Assembly (NCBI GenBank): GCA_963807605.1
Contig: CAWECG010000004.1
Coordinates: forward strand, 448,001 to 512,000
Origin: Candidatus Bathyarchaeota archaeon
GTDB lineage: Archaea; Thermoproteota; Bathyarchaeia; 40CM-2-53-6; RBG-13-38-9
Reading direction: 5' to 3'
Length of the DNA stretch: 64,000 nucleotides
The notes under the pieces are model-generated. The model did not search any database. It was not told where the DNA came from and was given only the letters and a program-made list of their open reading frames with translations. The position numbers and the translations under genes were made by a program. Positions 21,318-31,356 of the stretch are shown here, piece after piece. Numbering within the stretch: position 1 is the stretch's first letter; each line of letters opens with the position of its first letter.

Positions 21318-22368
21318 TTATCTCCAGCTCCTCAAGTCTCGACAGGTTGCCGCCAGTGAACTCGATCAGCGAGACGAGTTTTCCGTAAGCTGCACCGCTC
21401 TCAATTGACTGGGCAGCGAGCTCGAGGCCTTCTTCGAAGCTTTCTGCTTTCCCTCCGACTACGATGCCTGCGGCTGCATTGAGTAGTACTATGGCTTGCT
21501 TGGGATCCCTGTGGGTACAGTGGCCTCTCATAATCCTAAGAGTCGCCACCGCGCTCTCATGGGTAGTTGAGCATCGCAGCGCCTCGGGTTTGGCTTTCTC
21601 TATACCAAAGTCCTCTGGCTCGATCGTGAAGCTGCATATCTCATCCTCTCTTAACCAAGAGATCTTGGTCCCTCCGACTGTGGAGACCTCGTCTAAGCCG
21701 TCGAGGCCGTGCACAACCATTGCTTGCTTGACACCAAGGTTTGAAAGTACGCTCGCTAGTGGTTCGGTCAAGGATTCTTGGTATACACCCAGAAGCTGGG
21801 CTGTTACGTTGGCCGGATTGGTCAGAGGACCCAGAATGTTGAACACTGTTCTGATCCCGATCTGACTCCTAGGGTTGACTGCATACTTCATTGCTGGGTG
21901 AAATGCTGGAGCGAACATGAATCCAATCCCAACCTCCTCTATTGCTTTCTCCACCGTCTCTGTTGGTATGTTGAGCCTGAGCCCCAGGGTCTCCAGAACG
22001 TCGGCGCTTCCACATCGGCTTGTCACAGACCGGTTCCCATGCTTTGCAACAGGTATGCCTGCGCCAGCGATGACAAAGGCGGACACTGTACTGATGTTGA
22101 ATGTCTTGACCTGATCGCCGCCTGTTCCACATGTGTCGACTAGGTTGCCTGCAACTTCAGGGTTAATCCGGTGGCAACAGCTTCTCATTACTCTTGCAAG
22201 TGATGTGATCTCGTCTACGGTCTCACCCTTCATCCTGAGGGCTGTCAGGAATGCGGCGATCTGTGCGTCTGTGGCTTTGCCCTCCATGATCTCCTGCATG
22301 ACCTCCCGTGCCTCTTTCTGTGTCAGGTCTCTTCGCTCAACGAGTTTTGCAATGGCTTCCTTAATCGT
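21310..22368 (-). CDS. trpD: anthranilate phosphoribosyltransferase (probable ACG start at 22368)
   Basis: DTCGTGGD, KHGNRS, GSADVLE, LGPLTNP, DGLDE; upstream (M)IKEAIAKLV. Confidence 0.95.
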   Translation of the reverse strand, partial: TIKEAIAKLVERRDLTQKEAREVMQEIMEGKATDAQIAAFLTALRMKGETVDEITSLARVMRSCCHRINPEVAGNLVDTCGTGGDQVKTFNISTVSAFVIAGAGIPVAKHGNRSVTSRCGSADVLETLGLRLNIPTETVEKAIEEVGIGFMFAPAFHPAMKYAVNPRSQIGIRTVFNILGPLTNPANVTAQLLGVYQESLTEPLASVLSNLGVKQAMVVHGLDGLDEVSTVGGTKISWLREDEICSFTIEPEDFGIEKAKPEALRCSTTHESAVATLRIMRGHCTHRDPKQAIVLLNAAAGIVVGGKAESFEEGLELAAQSIESGAAYGKLVSLIEFTGGNLSRLEELEITA

Positions 22369-22954
22369 CTCGGTAACCTCCGTCTAGGAAGTTTCTGAGA
22401 ATTCTTTTTCCTTGGTTGGTCAGGATAGACTCCGGATGGAACTGTAGGCCCTCGATTGGGTACTTGGTGTGGCGAATACCCATTATTTCGCAATCATCAA
22501 GAGAGTAGGCTGTTGCCTTCAAACAGTCTGGGAGCGAGAACAGATCAGCTACGAGGGAGTGGTATCTGGTGGCCTCAAGTGGATTTGGTGTGTCTCGGAA
22601 GATCCCTTTTCCGTCATGTTTTATCAGGCTGGTCTTGCCGTGCATCAGCCTCTGTGCTCTGATGATCTTTCCTCCAAAGGCATGTACGATCCCTTGATGC
22701 CCAAGGCAGATACCTAGTGTTGGTATGTGTCTGCTTAGATCTCTCAGGATGGCCAAGCAGTTGCCGAAGTATCGGGTTTCTGCTGGTGTTCCAGGTCCAG
22801 GGGAGAGAATCACTCTGTCGGGGTTGAGTCGTCTTGCCTCTCCTAGAGTCACCGTGTTGTTTCTGTGGACAACTGGTGTTCCGCCAAGTTCACCGACATA
22901 CTGTGCGATGTTGTATACGAATGAGTCATAGTTGTCTATTATCAGGACTTTCAA
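22361..22954 (-). CDS. trpG: anthranilate synthase component II
   Basis: IDNYDSF, SPGPG, GICLGHQ, RYHSL, QFHPES. Confidence 0.97.
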   Translation of the reverse strand: MKVLIIDNYDSFVYNIAQYVGELGGTPVVHRNNTVTLGEARRLNPDRVILSPGPGTPAETRYFGNCLAILRDLSRHIPTLGICLGHQGIVHAFGGKIIRAQRLMHGKTSLIKHDGKGIFRDTPNPLEATRYHSLVADLFSLPDCLKATAYSLDDCEIMGIRHTKYPIEGLQFHPESILTNQGKRILRNFLDGGYRDD

Positions 22955-24373
22955 ATCATTTCACCCGCCTTCTCCAAGGCCTTCATGAGAGCCGCGGCTT
23001 TTTGTTCTGTTTCAAACCATTCTTTCTCGGGGTCTGAGTCAGCCACTATCCCTGCGCCTACTTGGATTGAGGCTTTATTCTGATGGGTTGTCAGGGTACG
23101 GATGGTTATGGCAAAGTCTGCGTTTCCGTTGTTCGAGAAGTATCCGACGGCGCCCGCGTATGGTCCTCTTCTTGTGGGTTCAAGTTCCTCAATTATCTCC
23201 ATGGCTCTGACTTTCGGTGCTCCTGAGACAGTTCCGGCGGGGAGCATGGCTTTGAGTGCGTCAAAGCAATCCATGTCTGGACGTATCTTTCCGACGACTC
23301 TGGAGACGATGTGTTGGACATGACTGTATTGGTGTACAGTCATGAATTCAGGTGTGTGGACTGACCCAAACTCAGCTATTCTGCCGATGTCGTTCCGTGC
23401 CAGGTCTACAAGCATCACATGTTCAGCCCGCTCCTTCGGGTCTGAAAGCAACTCTTCAGCCAAGATCTGGTTCTTGGCTTGATCGTCGGTTCTTGGTCTG
23501 GTCCCGGCTATCGGATAGGTCTCCACGAGACCATTTTCAACTCTCACAAGCATCTCAGGACTTGAACCTACGACCTGTCTTTCTCCCATTTTGAGAAAAT
23601 ACATGTATGGGGATGGGTTGATGTTTCTCAACGTTCTGTAGAAGTTGATGAGGCTGCCCTCGAAGTTGAAGTTATAACGTTTTGAAAGGACTGCCTGGAA
23701 GATGTCTCCCGAAGAGATGTAGTTCTTGGCTTTCAAAACAGCCTCTTGAAAGTCGTCTTTTGAAGTATTCGATGTTGGGGTGGTGTATCTGAAGGGTTCT
23801 GGATCGGTGATGGCCTCTTGGATTCTGCTTTTGATCTCTGCCAATCGATCCCTGTTTTGAAAGTAGTAGTATGCTGTTCTGTTGATGTGATCGAAGACTA
23901 TCCCATCGTCAAAGAACGCCATCTCGAGATCTGGGAACTTGAGATCATCGGTGGCGGATTCCGGAATCTTTTCCCAGTACCTTACCGCATCATACGAGAT
24001 GTATCCTACGGCACCACCTGCGAGACGAAACTGGTCGAATGTTAAATGATTCCTCTGAATCTCACTTCGCATGATGTCAAGTGGATTGTGCGTTTCTTGG
24101 CATTCGTCTCCTGATGTCATGCTAGTGGTTCTTGCCACATGTCCTTTGACAGAGATCACTAGGTGTGGGTCAAACCCTATGAACGAGAACTTCGCCAGTT
24201 TTTCCGGGCCTTCAACTGACTCTAGAAGATATGTGTACCCGCTGTCTCCCTCAAGTCTTGCAAAGATATCTGCTGGCGTGTCGGTGTAGGGGATCTCTTC
24301 AAGATTGACCTTAGGCGATTTTCTGGAAGTTGGCTCCTCTAGTCTTGAGGTTTGTCCAAAGGCGATACCCCAT
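22951..24373 (-). CDS. trpE: anthranilate synthase component I; 5' ATG (24373) is one base out of frame
   Basis: LLESVEG motif upstream of the track start; NPSPY, SSPE, PIAGT, EHVMLVDLARND, GTVSGAPK, GAGIVADS. Confidence 0.93.
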
Positions 24374-24660
24374 TTACGCTAGTCCCCTGCATATCTGATG
24401 CATTAGGGACACACGAGTTCTATTTAAGGTTAGTGAGTACACTATTGTACATCTATATGCCTCACAACTTGAGAAGACCGACCATTATGTGCTTGACAGG
24501 ACAGAACACGAACACTGAAGCCTGTCCTCACGGTCCAATCGCACGCTGCTGAGAAAATCCGGCATAGTCAGAAAGTTCCTTCGCGGAGCTTGAAAGTGTA
24601 AGTTCGAATTATAGGAGAAAAAAATCAATTTTGAGCTCGGTCATGGCAACTATAACGTTA

Positions 24661-24782
24661 CGAACCCCGTCGGGCCCGCCAACGGTAATCGATACAACTT
24701 GCGGCATAATAACGGTCATTGTGGTCTGTAGGCAATTCAGGTATTCGCACCTAATAAGGCTCGAGTACCCGCGGGCCCGCCA
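24661..24782 (+). repeat. array 3: two Lys/Arg-like tRNA 3'-end fragments enclosing direct repeat B copy 2
   Basis: CGAACCCCGTCGGGCCCGCCA (24661-24681) and TCGAGTACCCGCGGGCCCGCCA (24761-24782). Confidence 0.8.
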
Positions 24783-24959
24783 TGATGACGTTCCTAGTGC
24801 TAATTTGTGTGAGGAAACATCACGCGGTGTACCGACGGGATCACCACTTCGAGGTTTCGATGTATATCTGAAGTGGGATTTACGGGGCTTGTCACAAAAT
24901 TGGGGGGTAGAATTCCAGAGAATACTCGACGGGGGAACTGCCAACAACTTTGGATCAGG

Positions 24960-25273
24960 AGTCCATTAAGTTCTCGGCGTATTCTTTGTTTCAACAGGGT
25001 TTCTAGAAGCCTCCCCTTTTCCAAAGAAGCGTAAAAAAGCCTTCTTGAATTCATTGAATTCCTTGGGTAAGTTCTTCCTTTGTCACTTATCTGATATGTC
25101 TTGCCGAATGCGTCTCGTGTCAGAAGTCCAGTATTCAAAGCCTGATCCATATACTTCTTCAATAGAGTATAGCTCAGTCTTGCGTCGTACATTATGTGCG
25201 CCTTCTTTCGCGATCTTTCTGTGGATCTAAGGATAAATGCGATTATTTCCAGGGAGTTCCGATTTTTCCCCAT
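24960..25273 (-). pseudogene. winged-helix (HTH_45/DUF4364-like) regulator, apparently decayed after ~25066
   Basis: RNSLEIIAFIL...KAHIMYDARLSY...YQISDKG; expected KEFNEF continuation lies in another frame. Confidence 0.6.
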
Positions 25274-25573
25274 TAAGGGTAAAAATGTTCTTTCTGGATA
25301 GCTGCAATCTTTCTCGAGTTAGAGATAACAATGGGTTCAGGGCGTACAGGCTCTCGTATGGCTCAGTTGATCTCTCTCTGAGTCATATCACAGCAGCAAT
25401 AGTGTACGTTAGCATTCGTTAATGAAGAGGGGTTAGGCACAACATGAATGACTACCAAAGTCACTTCTGGGCGATTTCCGAGATTGCCCGAATCAAATCG
25501 ATTATGTCGCATATCCGTTAAACATCGACATGTTAGGCAGAGCGTACTTGAGAATGAAAATGTCTGCCTATTG

Positions 25574-26359
25574 TTACATGATTAGACGCTTCTTCATCAA
25601 ATTTATTGACAATGCGTACAGGACGAAGCTCACAATCACAATCCAAGCTAAACTTGGAATTATAGCGAAGTTGATCTGGCCCGTCGCGAGGCTACGTGTA
25701 ATGATGACTACGTGGACAAGTGGTAGGAATACCTTTGCGAAATACTGTATCTGCAGTGGAAGAACTGAGAACGGGAAGAAGGTTCCGCTGAACAAAAACA
25801 TTGGAGTTATGAACAGATAGATGGGGTAATTCAGGGAATCGATGCTGACTGTCAGAGATGTGAAGCACATGGCTATCGTGGAGAAGAGGAGTCCTGCTAG
25901 GAAAGAGAATGGTATTACCAGCAGGGCAATTGGGAGCTGAGCAAGCCCAAAGAGTACAATTACTATCAGCATGATTGTCGCGTATATCGCGCTCTTGGTT
26001 GCCCCCCACAATAGTTCTCCTGCAATTACCTCCTCGAGGCTGACTGGCGTGGCTATTATCGCGTCGAAGGTCTTTTGGTAATACATGCGCACAAATGAAC
26101 CGTAGGTACATTCGAAGAATGCGGTGTTCATCATTGATATTGCTAGTAGTGCGGGGGCGATGAATTTAATGTAAGGGACACCCTCAACCTCTTGGACGAA
26201 GAGGCCCAAGCCAAATCCCAGAGAGAAGAGGTAAAGAATCGGCTCGAGTATGGGAGGAATGAAGTTCGTGCGATATGTCTTCATGAAGACATCTTTGTCT
26301 CTAAGCCAGACCTTCCAAGCTCTTACGCCTACTTTGGGTATCGATAGAAGACTGCCCAT
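25574..26359 (-). CDS. ABC-2 permease (NodJ-like)
   Basis: LEPILYL, ECTYGSFVRM..QKTFDAI, PMFLFSGTFFP. Confidence 0.9.
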   Translation of the reverse strand: MGSLLSIPKVGVRAWKVWLRDKDVFMKTYRTNFIPPILEPILYLFSLGFGLGLFVQEVEGVPYIKFIAPALLAISMMNTAFFECTYGSFVRMYYQKTFDAIIATPVSLEEVIAGELLWGATKSAIYATIMLIVIVLFGLAQLPIALLVIPFSFLAGLLFSTIAMCFTSLTVSIDSLNYPIYLFITPMFLFSGTFFPFSVLPLQIQYFAKVFLPLVHVVIITRSLATGQINFAIIPSLAWIVIVSFVLYALSINLMKKRLIM

Positions 26360-26365
26360 GCCTTT

Positions 26366-27277
26366 CTATTCCCTCAGCGCTCGACCTGTCAATTTTAAGA
26401 AGACATCTTCCAGGGTCGATCGTCGGATAGTCGCCTTTTCGATCTGACATGCCTCAAACAGCTCATCCATGGTCTCCCTCGGAGACTCGGAGTATACGTA
26501 AATGGTTTCTCCCACTACGTCGAAACTTAGGCGCTCCTTCTTCTTGAGGCATAGAAGGGCATCAGGATTAGTCTTTGTCTCTATGACATTCTCTCCGGCG
26601 TATTTCCTGACGAGCCCCTTTGGACTACCTTCTTCGATGATCTTTCCTTGATCCATGATAACGAGCCTGTCACAAAGCGCCTCTGCTTCCTCCATATAGT
26701 GTGTTGTCAATAGAACCGTGACACCGAGTCGTCGGAGATCCGTCAGCTTATCCCATATGAGGTGCCTTGCCTGCGGGTCTAAGCCTACCGTAGGTTCATC
26801 CAAGACGAGTAGCCTAGGATCGTTGATGAGTGCTCTCGCCAGTTGGAGTCTTCTCTTCATCCCTCCTGAGAGTTTCTCGACTATTGTGTCTCTCTTATCT
26901 TCAAGTTGGACAAGGTGTAGCAGCTCCAGCGCTTTCTTCTTTGCCGCATCCCCCGGAATATCATAATACCGCGAGTAGATCATGAGATTCTCATAAACTG
27001 TGAATTCAGGGTCGAGATTGATTTCCTGAGGGCAAACACCTAAGATTTTCTTTATCTCTCTTGGATGTTCATCAACACTTAAGCCTGCGACCTCCACCCT
27101 CCCAGATGTTTTTGGATATACACACTGAATAATCTTCATTGTTGAAGTCTTCCCAGCACCATTCGGGCCGAGGAAGCCGAAACATTCGCGCTCTCTAACC
27201 TGGAAACTAATGCCTGATACCGCAGTGAAATCTCCGTACTTCTTGGTCAATCCTTCAGCTATTACTACGTTTGACAT
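26366..27277 (-). CDS. ABC transporter ATP-binding protein (NodI-like)
   Basis: GPNGAGKT, LSGGMKRR, LDEPTVGLDPQARH. Confidence 0.93.
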   Translation of the reverse strand: MSNVVIAEGLTKKYGDFTAVSGISFQVRERECFGFLGPNGAGKTSTMKIIQCVYPKTSGRVEVAGLSVDEHPREIKKILGVCPQEINLDPEFTVYENLMIYSRYYDIPGDAAKKKALELLHLVQLEDKRDTIVEKLSGGMKRRLQLARALINDPRLLVLDEPTVGLDPQARHLIWDKLTDLRRLGVTVLLTTHYMEEAEALCDRLVIMDQGKIIEEGSPKGLVRKYAGENVIETKTNPDALLCLKKKERLSFDVVGETIYVYSESPRETMDELFEACQIEKATIRRSTLEDVFLKLTGRALRE

Positions 27278-27389
27278 TTAATTCGTCCTTGCTCCAGCTC
27301 TGCGATCGACTTTTGATCTCAGATGTTTCGTGGTCTGTGGGATGGAAATTAGTGCAGCTATCTTAGACAACTGAGAACGGAAGAAATTG

Positions 27390-27734
27390 TTAGCTCGGCC
27401 CCTTCTTCGCAGCTGCCTCTGCCACGATGAAAAGCCCGATTACCACTATTATCGTAGGAATCAATGGGAGCATAAGTCCTCCTACCATGGAGAACCCAAT
27501 TAGTAATGCTACAATGCCCAAGCCGAGGCTGAACTTGCTCATCTTAGCTCCGATACTGCGGCGAGCCAGATTAAGACCGATCAATATCAGGCCGACGCCA
27601 AGCGCAAAGTACGAAACCACGTTGAGCTTAGTGATGTCATCAACGATCCAGAGACCACCTATGAGGATTATGAAAAGTCCCCAAGCCACACTGGTTAGCG
27701 TTCCCTCTCTCATGACCAAGAGTTCACCCCCCAA
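27390..27734 (-). CDS. small four-TM membrane protein
   Basis: hydrophobic helices. Confidence 0.7.
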   Translation of the reverse strand: MGGELLVMREGTLTSVAWGLFIILIGGLWIVDDITKLNVVSYFALGVGLILIGLNLARRSIGAKMSKFSLGLGIVALLIGFSMVGGLMLPLIPTIIVVIGLFIVAEAAAKKGPS

Positions 27735-27780
27735 ATCTTTGAAGTGCCACGAAACTTGTGTTCATCGCATATCACCTTCA

Positions 27781-28104
27781 TCAACCATAGGCCGGGCTCT
27801 TCGACTCTTCTTTTTCTGATTGTTTCTTCAATATCTCACCGAGCCCTCTTGTTGCTGAGATATCGAATTCCAGAAACTCAAGAGCGAACTTCTTGAAGTT
27901 GTTGAAAATATCGTCAAGTTTCTCTTGGTTGAACTGCCCCACAATCATCGGGTTATAGACCCACTGCATCCATCCTTGGCAGCTGCTGGCAATGTACTGG
28001 TTTATCTCGGTTATCGCCTCAACGAGACTCAGGCGATCGTGAGGCTGTAGACTCTTTATCCTTTCTATCTGCTTCTCCTTAGCCTTAGACCAATCATCAC
28101 TCAT
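27781..28104 (-). CDS. DUF2153-like protein
   Basis: DRLSLV...SCQGWMQWV.NP...FLEFDI. Confidence 0.75.
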   Translation of the reverse strand: MSDDWSKAKEKQIERIKSLQPHDRLSLVEAITEINQYIASSCQGWMQWVYNPMIVGQFNQEKLDDIFNNFKKFALEFLEFDISATRGLGEILKKQSEKEESKSPAYG

Positions 28105-28206
28105 GTGATCACATAACCAAATGAGGTTAGCACTGACTCACTAATATATCAAACGATAATCGACTCGGCATGTCAGGCACGCCTTGCTCCGCAAGACAAA
28201 GTTTTA

Positions 28207-29256
28207 GTGGAACAAGACATCTGCAAGATGCGGACATGGCGAGGGTTATTGGGAGAAGATCTTTACAGGCTCCTGCGTCCCAAATTTGAATTACCGTATA
28301 CCCAATACCCTGGCAAGGTAAATGAAGTCCGAATTGGCAATATTCCCCCTACTGGGACAAGGAATTACACCATAACTCTTGGCGGGAGCAGAGATCTCCC
28401 GTTCTTCAGCGATCCAACAAGAGTAGTTGAGAGACCTAGGCTTGCTATGCGGGTTCAGACCTCACCAGCCGATATTCCAGCGACGGTATTGATGGCGCTG
28501 GGTGACCGAGCAAATCATCCAGTTGCATGGGCAAGATTCTGTATCGAGGAGTGCGGCGCTGAAATAATCGAGATTAAGTTCAGTCTGCCGGACAGGACTC
28601 TGAGCAATGAGTCTCTCAAGGAGTATGCGAACCTCTCACAACAACTCGTGAATGAATTTGATGTGCCCCTCATTTTTTCAGGCCCAGATGTTAAAGAGGC
28701 AGACCACCTGATCCTAGAGGCTGTTGCCAACGCAGTCAAGGGAGAACGAGTATTGCTGGCATCGGCACGACCAGAGAACGACTATACTAGAATAGCCAAA
28801 GCAGCAATTGACAATCAGCATCTGATTCTTGCACACACTGACTGCGATCCGCCATCACAAAAGATGCTAAATGACAGATTGTTGAATCTCGGCCTTTCCC
28901 ACGACCAGATTGTCATCGATCCTACAACCGCTGCTCTCGGTTACGGCCTCGAATACTCGCTCTCAATAACTGAACAGATCAGGTTGAATGCACTGAAAGG
29001 TGACCAGAGCCTTCAGATGCCAATAGCCGCATTCCCACTCAACAGCTGGACAGCTAGGGAGGCGAATTTTGAAGATGCACGGTATGGCGACCTTCAGTCA
29101 AGAGGGATCATCTGGGAGCTTACGACATCTCTTGCGATGTTCCTTGCAGGCGCTGAACTTCTCGTGCTGCTGCACCCGGAATCAGTTAGACGATTTAAAC
29201 TCATGACTAAAGAAGTCGGATTGGCTGAGCCCCGGGACATTGGAAAGGGAGCTTGA
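28207..29256 (+). CDS. cdhD: ACDS/corrinoid Fe-S protein small (delta) subunit
   Basis: YPGKVNEVRIG, IDPTTAALGYGLEYS, IRLNALKGD, WELTT. Confidence 0.9.
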   Translation: MEQDICKMRTWRGLLGEDLYRLLRPKFELPYTQYPGKVNEVRIGNIPPTGTRNYTITLGGSRDLPFFSDPTRVVERPRLAMRVQTSPADIPATVLMALGDRANHPVAWARFCIEECGAEIIEIKFSLPDRTLSNESLKEYANLSQQLVNEFDVPLIFSGPDVKEADHLILEAVANAVKGERVLLASARPENDYTRIAKAAIDNQHLILAHTDCDPPSQKMLNDRLLNLGLSHDQIVIDPTTAALGYGLEYSLSITEQIRLNALKGDQSLQMPIAAFPLNSWTAREANFEDARYGDLQSRGIIWELTTSLAMFLAGAELLVLLHPESVRRFKLMTKEVGLAEPRDIGKGA

Positions 29257-29264
29257 GCTCATAG

Positions 29265-30623
29265 ATGCCTCAAAAACCCTCTCTGCTTAGCCTTTACGGA
29301 AACTTGCCAAAGAAGAACTGTAATGAGTGTGGCTTTCCTACTTGCATGGCTTTTGCCGCCGCGATACTTGAAGGAAAGGTCAGGCTTGCGGACTGCCCCT
29401 ACATCTCAGAGGAGGAGAAGACGCTAATAGAGGGTTTGATTGCGGCTCCGGTTGCTAAGCTCGTATTCGGCAAGAGAAAACCGCTGGCAATTGGTGACGC
29501 GAGGGTAATGCATCGTCACGAACTCAAGTTTTACAATCCTACAGCTATCGCAGTCGAGTTATCTGATTCTTACAATGAGACCAAACTGGAAACTGCCATC
29601 AAGAAGGCCCTTGATGTTAAAGTGGAGAGGCTAGGCGAGACCTACAGCATCGACGCATTCGCGATTAGATCAGATTCTGGAGATGCCCAATCATTCGCTG
29701 AGGCTACAAGTCAGATAATCAAGACCATAGACCACCCACTCATATTGAATTGCTGGGACCCCACAATCCTTGAGGCGGGACTTGAAGCCTGTGGCGACGA
29801 AATCCCCCTCATCTTTGCGGCGACGAAAGAGACTCTTGAATCGTACGTAGACCTTGCAAAGGGTCATGACGCCCCGCTTGTGGTTGCCAATGAAGACCTA
29901 GGTGAAATCAGGCTAATGGCAAAGAGGGCTTCAGACAGTGGTTTGAAGGTCGCATTGTACCCTATCACCATGTCGTTCCAGGAGACGCTGAAAAGCTGTA
30001 TCACGATAAGGAGGGGAGCTATCGAAAACAAAATTCAGGAGTTCGGGCATCCACTCATCGGAGTTCCAGCCTCACTAACGGGAAAAATTGACTCCTCCAA
30101 AGAGCTCTGGTGGCGCGAGTCTCTGGTCGCTTCGGCTCTGGTTTTCAGATATTCTGACGCACTAATCATCAAGCAAGCGGAGATCGAAACGCTCCTCCCA
30201 GTAATTACTCTCCGCCAAGGAGTCTTCTCCGATCCTAAGGTTCCTGCAAAAGTCAAACCAGGACTCTACAGATGCGGCTCACCTAATAGAAGCTCACCAG
30301 TCCTGCTCACAGTCAACTATGCCCTAACCTACTATTTAGTCACCGCAGACATAGACAAGGCCGGAATACACTGCCACCTGCTTGTGGTCGACACTGGAGG
30401 TATGTCCGTGCTGAACGCTCTAGCCGGCGGACAACTCAAACCAGAGACGGTGTCGGAAGTGATCAAACAGACAGGACTGGAATCGACAGTAAGTCACAAG
30501 AAGCTGATCATACCCGGCTTAGCTGCTAGGCTTCGCAGCGAGATAGAGGACCTAAGTGGCTGGGAGGTCCTCGCGGGACCCGTTGAGTCCAGAGACATAC
30601 CTCTCTTCCTCCAAAAAAAATAG
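29265..30623 (+). CDS. cdhE: ACDS/corrinoid Fe-S protein large (gamma) subunit
   Basis: NCNECGFPTCMAFA..CPY Fe-S motif, RHE, NYALTY, DTGGMSV, IIPGLAA, GP. Confidence 0.92.
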   Translation: MPQKPSLLSLYGNLPKKNCNECGFPTCMAFAAAILEGKVRLADCPYISEEEKTLIEGLIAAPVAKLVFGKRKPLAIGDARVMHRHELKFYNPTAIAVELSDSYNETKLETAIKKALDVKVERLGETYSIDAFAIRSDSGDAQSFAEATSQIIKTIDHPLILNCWDPTILEAGLEACGDEIPLIFAATKETLESYVDLAKGHDAPLVVANEDLGEIRLMAKRASDSGLKVALYPITMSFQETLKSCITIRRGAIENKIQEFGHPLIGVPASLTGKIDSSKELWWRESLVASALVFRYSDALIIKQAEIETLLPVITLRQGVFSDPKVPAKVKPGLYRCGSPNRSSPVLLTVNYALTYYLVTADIDKAGIHCHLLVVDTGGMSVLNALAGGQLKPETVSEVIKQTGLESTVSHKKLIIPGLAARLRSEIEDLSGWEVLAGPVESRDIPLFLQKK

Positions 30624-30721
30624 AACTGAGATCGAAGACGCTCTTGGAATGGGGTCTCAAGTGACTAGACCTGCAGTTAGCTTCAACTAGTATGGTGGTC
30701 TAAAGAGAACTCGGGAAGCAT

Positions 30722-31234
30722 ATGACCGTTACAGTAGTTCATGATCTTGATTTCCCTATCTACTCTAGGAAAACATGCCTCAGAAGAATCTACTGGCTAG
30801 TCTATTACCTTCTACTCGGCTGGTCTGTAAGATTTCGAAGAAGAATTCCTGATTGGTTTTTACTAGAAAAATACTATTACGCACTCGCTTTAGCAAAGAT
30901 CGACGAACTACTCGAGGCCAAAGCCTTCTTCGGCCTCACGAAAGAAGTGCAGGAATTGTTTCCAGATCTCAAGCGCAGATTGGAGGAGATGGGCTTCGAG
31001 GTCAGGAATCACTATCACGTCAAAGGTCCGCCTGAGTATGGCAAGGGAAGATGGGATCCACCTCTTCCCCCAGTGCCCAAGAAGTATGCGACCTACGATC
31101 GGAGATACACCTTCTTGGGCGATAGAGAACTCCCCCCTCACGGCGCCATCGTTGCTTGGCACGTAGACCATCCACTCAACCTTTACGACTATCTCGATTT
31201 TGTTGTGAGCTGCAAGAAGGTAGGCAAAATGTAA
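30722..31234 (+). CDS. hypothetical protein (possible polysaccharide deacetylase-like remnant)
   Basis: HDLD, FEVRNHYH, WHVDH motifs. Confidence 0.55.
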   Translation: MTVTVVHDLDFPIYSRKTCLRRIYWLVYYLLLGWSVRFRRRIPDWFLLEKYYYALALAKIDELLEAKAFFGLTKEVQELFPDLKRRLEEMGFEVRNHYHVKGPPEYGKGRWDPPLPPVPKKYATYDRRYTFLGDRELPPHGAIVAWHVDHPLNLYDYLDFVVSCKKVGKM

Positions 31235-31356
31235 GTCTTGGACCTTTCTCTCTATCAACGCTTTCCGCTACCAAGATCGGACTGAATCAACCAGGTCTGT
31301 TCATCATAGGTAAACTTGAAAATGGACAACCCTATACTCCAGTGTGATGAAAAGGC

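Noticed and set aside
24609-24969. Two 112-aa ORFs (and 3550-3792) across the repeat modules
   Set aside because: They span tRNA tails, have no recognisable domain, and no equivalent ORF is called over the other repeat copies.
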